64,000 bases of DNA, taken from a bacterium (lineage in GTDB: Bacteria; Desulfobacterota; Desulfocorpusculales; Desulfocorpusculum). Shown here one piece after another: positions 63,812 to 64,000 of this stretch. Both the position numbers and the translations under genes were made by a program. Every line of letters starts with the position of its first letter. Positions within the stretch are counted from its first letter, which is position 1. The stretch lies in contig JBBFLE010000020.1 in NCBI GenBank assembly GCA_037481695.1, positions 1,721 through 65,720 of the forward strand, written 5' to 3'. Below the pieces are notes generated by a model. The model ran no database searches. It saw only the letters and a list, made by a program, of their open reading frames with translations, and was not told the DNA's origin.

Positions 63812-64000
63812 CAGGGCCAAACTTCAAGCCCAGGAGTGTTGGGAGTCCTTGGACTGCTCCAAGGTGCTTTGCCCAGCCCATGGAAAAAAAGGAGTCACCT
63901 GCTGGCTTATCCCTGAGACCCATTGTACAAACTACATTGTGGAGGATTTCCTCCAGAAGCTTTCCACCTGCCTGACCTGCCCTTTTTTCAGAAGCAAGGG
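63798..64000 (+). CDS. Partial gene (runs off the window) beginning with a Cys-rich two-CW-like module
   Basis: Translation ...QECWESLDCSKVLCPAHGKKGVTCWLIPETHCTNYIVEDFLQKLSTCLTCPFF..., with two C-W dipeptides and 9 Cys. Open frame from 63666. The nearest usable start is TTG 63798 (GTG 63768 or TTG 63777 are also possible). Confidence 0.5.
   Translation, partial: MVLHNRAKLQAQECWESLDCSKVLCPAHGKKGVTCWLIPETHCTNYIVEDFLQKLSTCLTCPFFRSK

Noticed and set aside
1-64000. Search for CRISPR arrays, IS or transposase genes, integrases next to the tRNA, prophage genes, toxin-antitoxin pairs or known defence-system genes
   Set aside because: By eye I noticed no periodic repeat-spacer structure. No ORF has transposase, integrase, nuclease-helicase defence or TA hallmarks. 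The tRNA-Arg is flanked by core genes (ruvC, yebC).

Overview
This 64-kb window is a gene-dense chromosomal segment with about 60 protein genes and one tRNA. I found no transposase, integrase, CRISPR array, phage genes or recognisable defence genes.

Gene content suggests an anaerobic Desulfobacterota-like (deltaproteobacterial) genome; this is an inference only. It rests on SelB and FdhD, HypFDE, an AmmeMemoRadiSam-type radical SAM enzyme, two sigma-54 two-component systems, two TRAP transporters, V4R proteins and a two-CW module.

Gene order:
- livFGMHK-type ABC importer (-)
- comEC (-)
- PP2C phosphatase, double-FHA protein, RodZ-like HTH protein and lipid A acyltransferase (+)
- ZraSR/ZraP-like envelope-stress module with a good sigma-54 promoter
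- fdhD-selB (-)
- NtrY/NtrX-like pair (-)
- lpxC, then queH-ruvBAC (-)
- tRNA-Arg(CCG) (+)
- yebC (-)
- alpha/beta hydrolase (-)
- ArsR-controlled thiol/disulfide cluster (+): COG0701 permease, small thioredoxin-like protein, VKOR-DsbA fusion, rhodanese, MauE/DoxX
- amidohydrolase and FadH-like reductase (-)
- methyltransferase, AmrS-type radical SAM enzyme and hypFDE, tightly coupled (+)
- Zn-ribbon protein and metallophosphoesterase (-)
- ArsB/NhaD permease, glutaredoxin-like protein, GT2 glycosyltransferase and LAB_N protein (+)
- TRAP system 1 (-)
- PAS/GAF kinase, second kinase and response regulator (+)
- two small envelope proteins (-)
- TRAP system 2
- cobO, two V4R proteins and a partial two-CW gene (+)

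The supplied ORF track renders GTG and TTG starts as M and always takes the longest ORF. I refined many starts using RBS position and start/stop overlaps.

I see no clear-cut new system. The best leads are:
1. An orphan AmrS radical SAM enzyme plus a methyltransferase translationally coupled to hypFDE.
2. The cobO/V4R/V4R/two-CW operon.
3. An identical bipartite 11+11-nt motif at the promoters of both TRAP binding-protein genes, with related CTTGACAGA repeats at the third TRAP promoter.
4. A G16 homopolymer/hairpin between dctP and dctQ.
5. The ArsR-linked extracytoplasmic redox cluster.

All functional calls come from motif recognition by eye. No database search was run.
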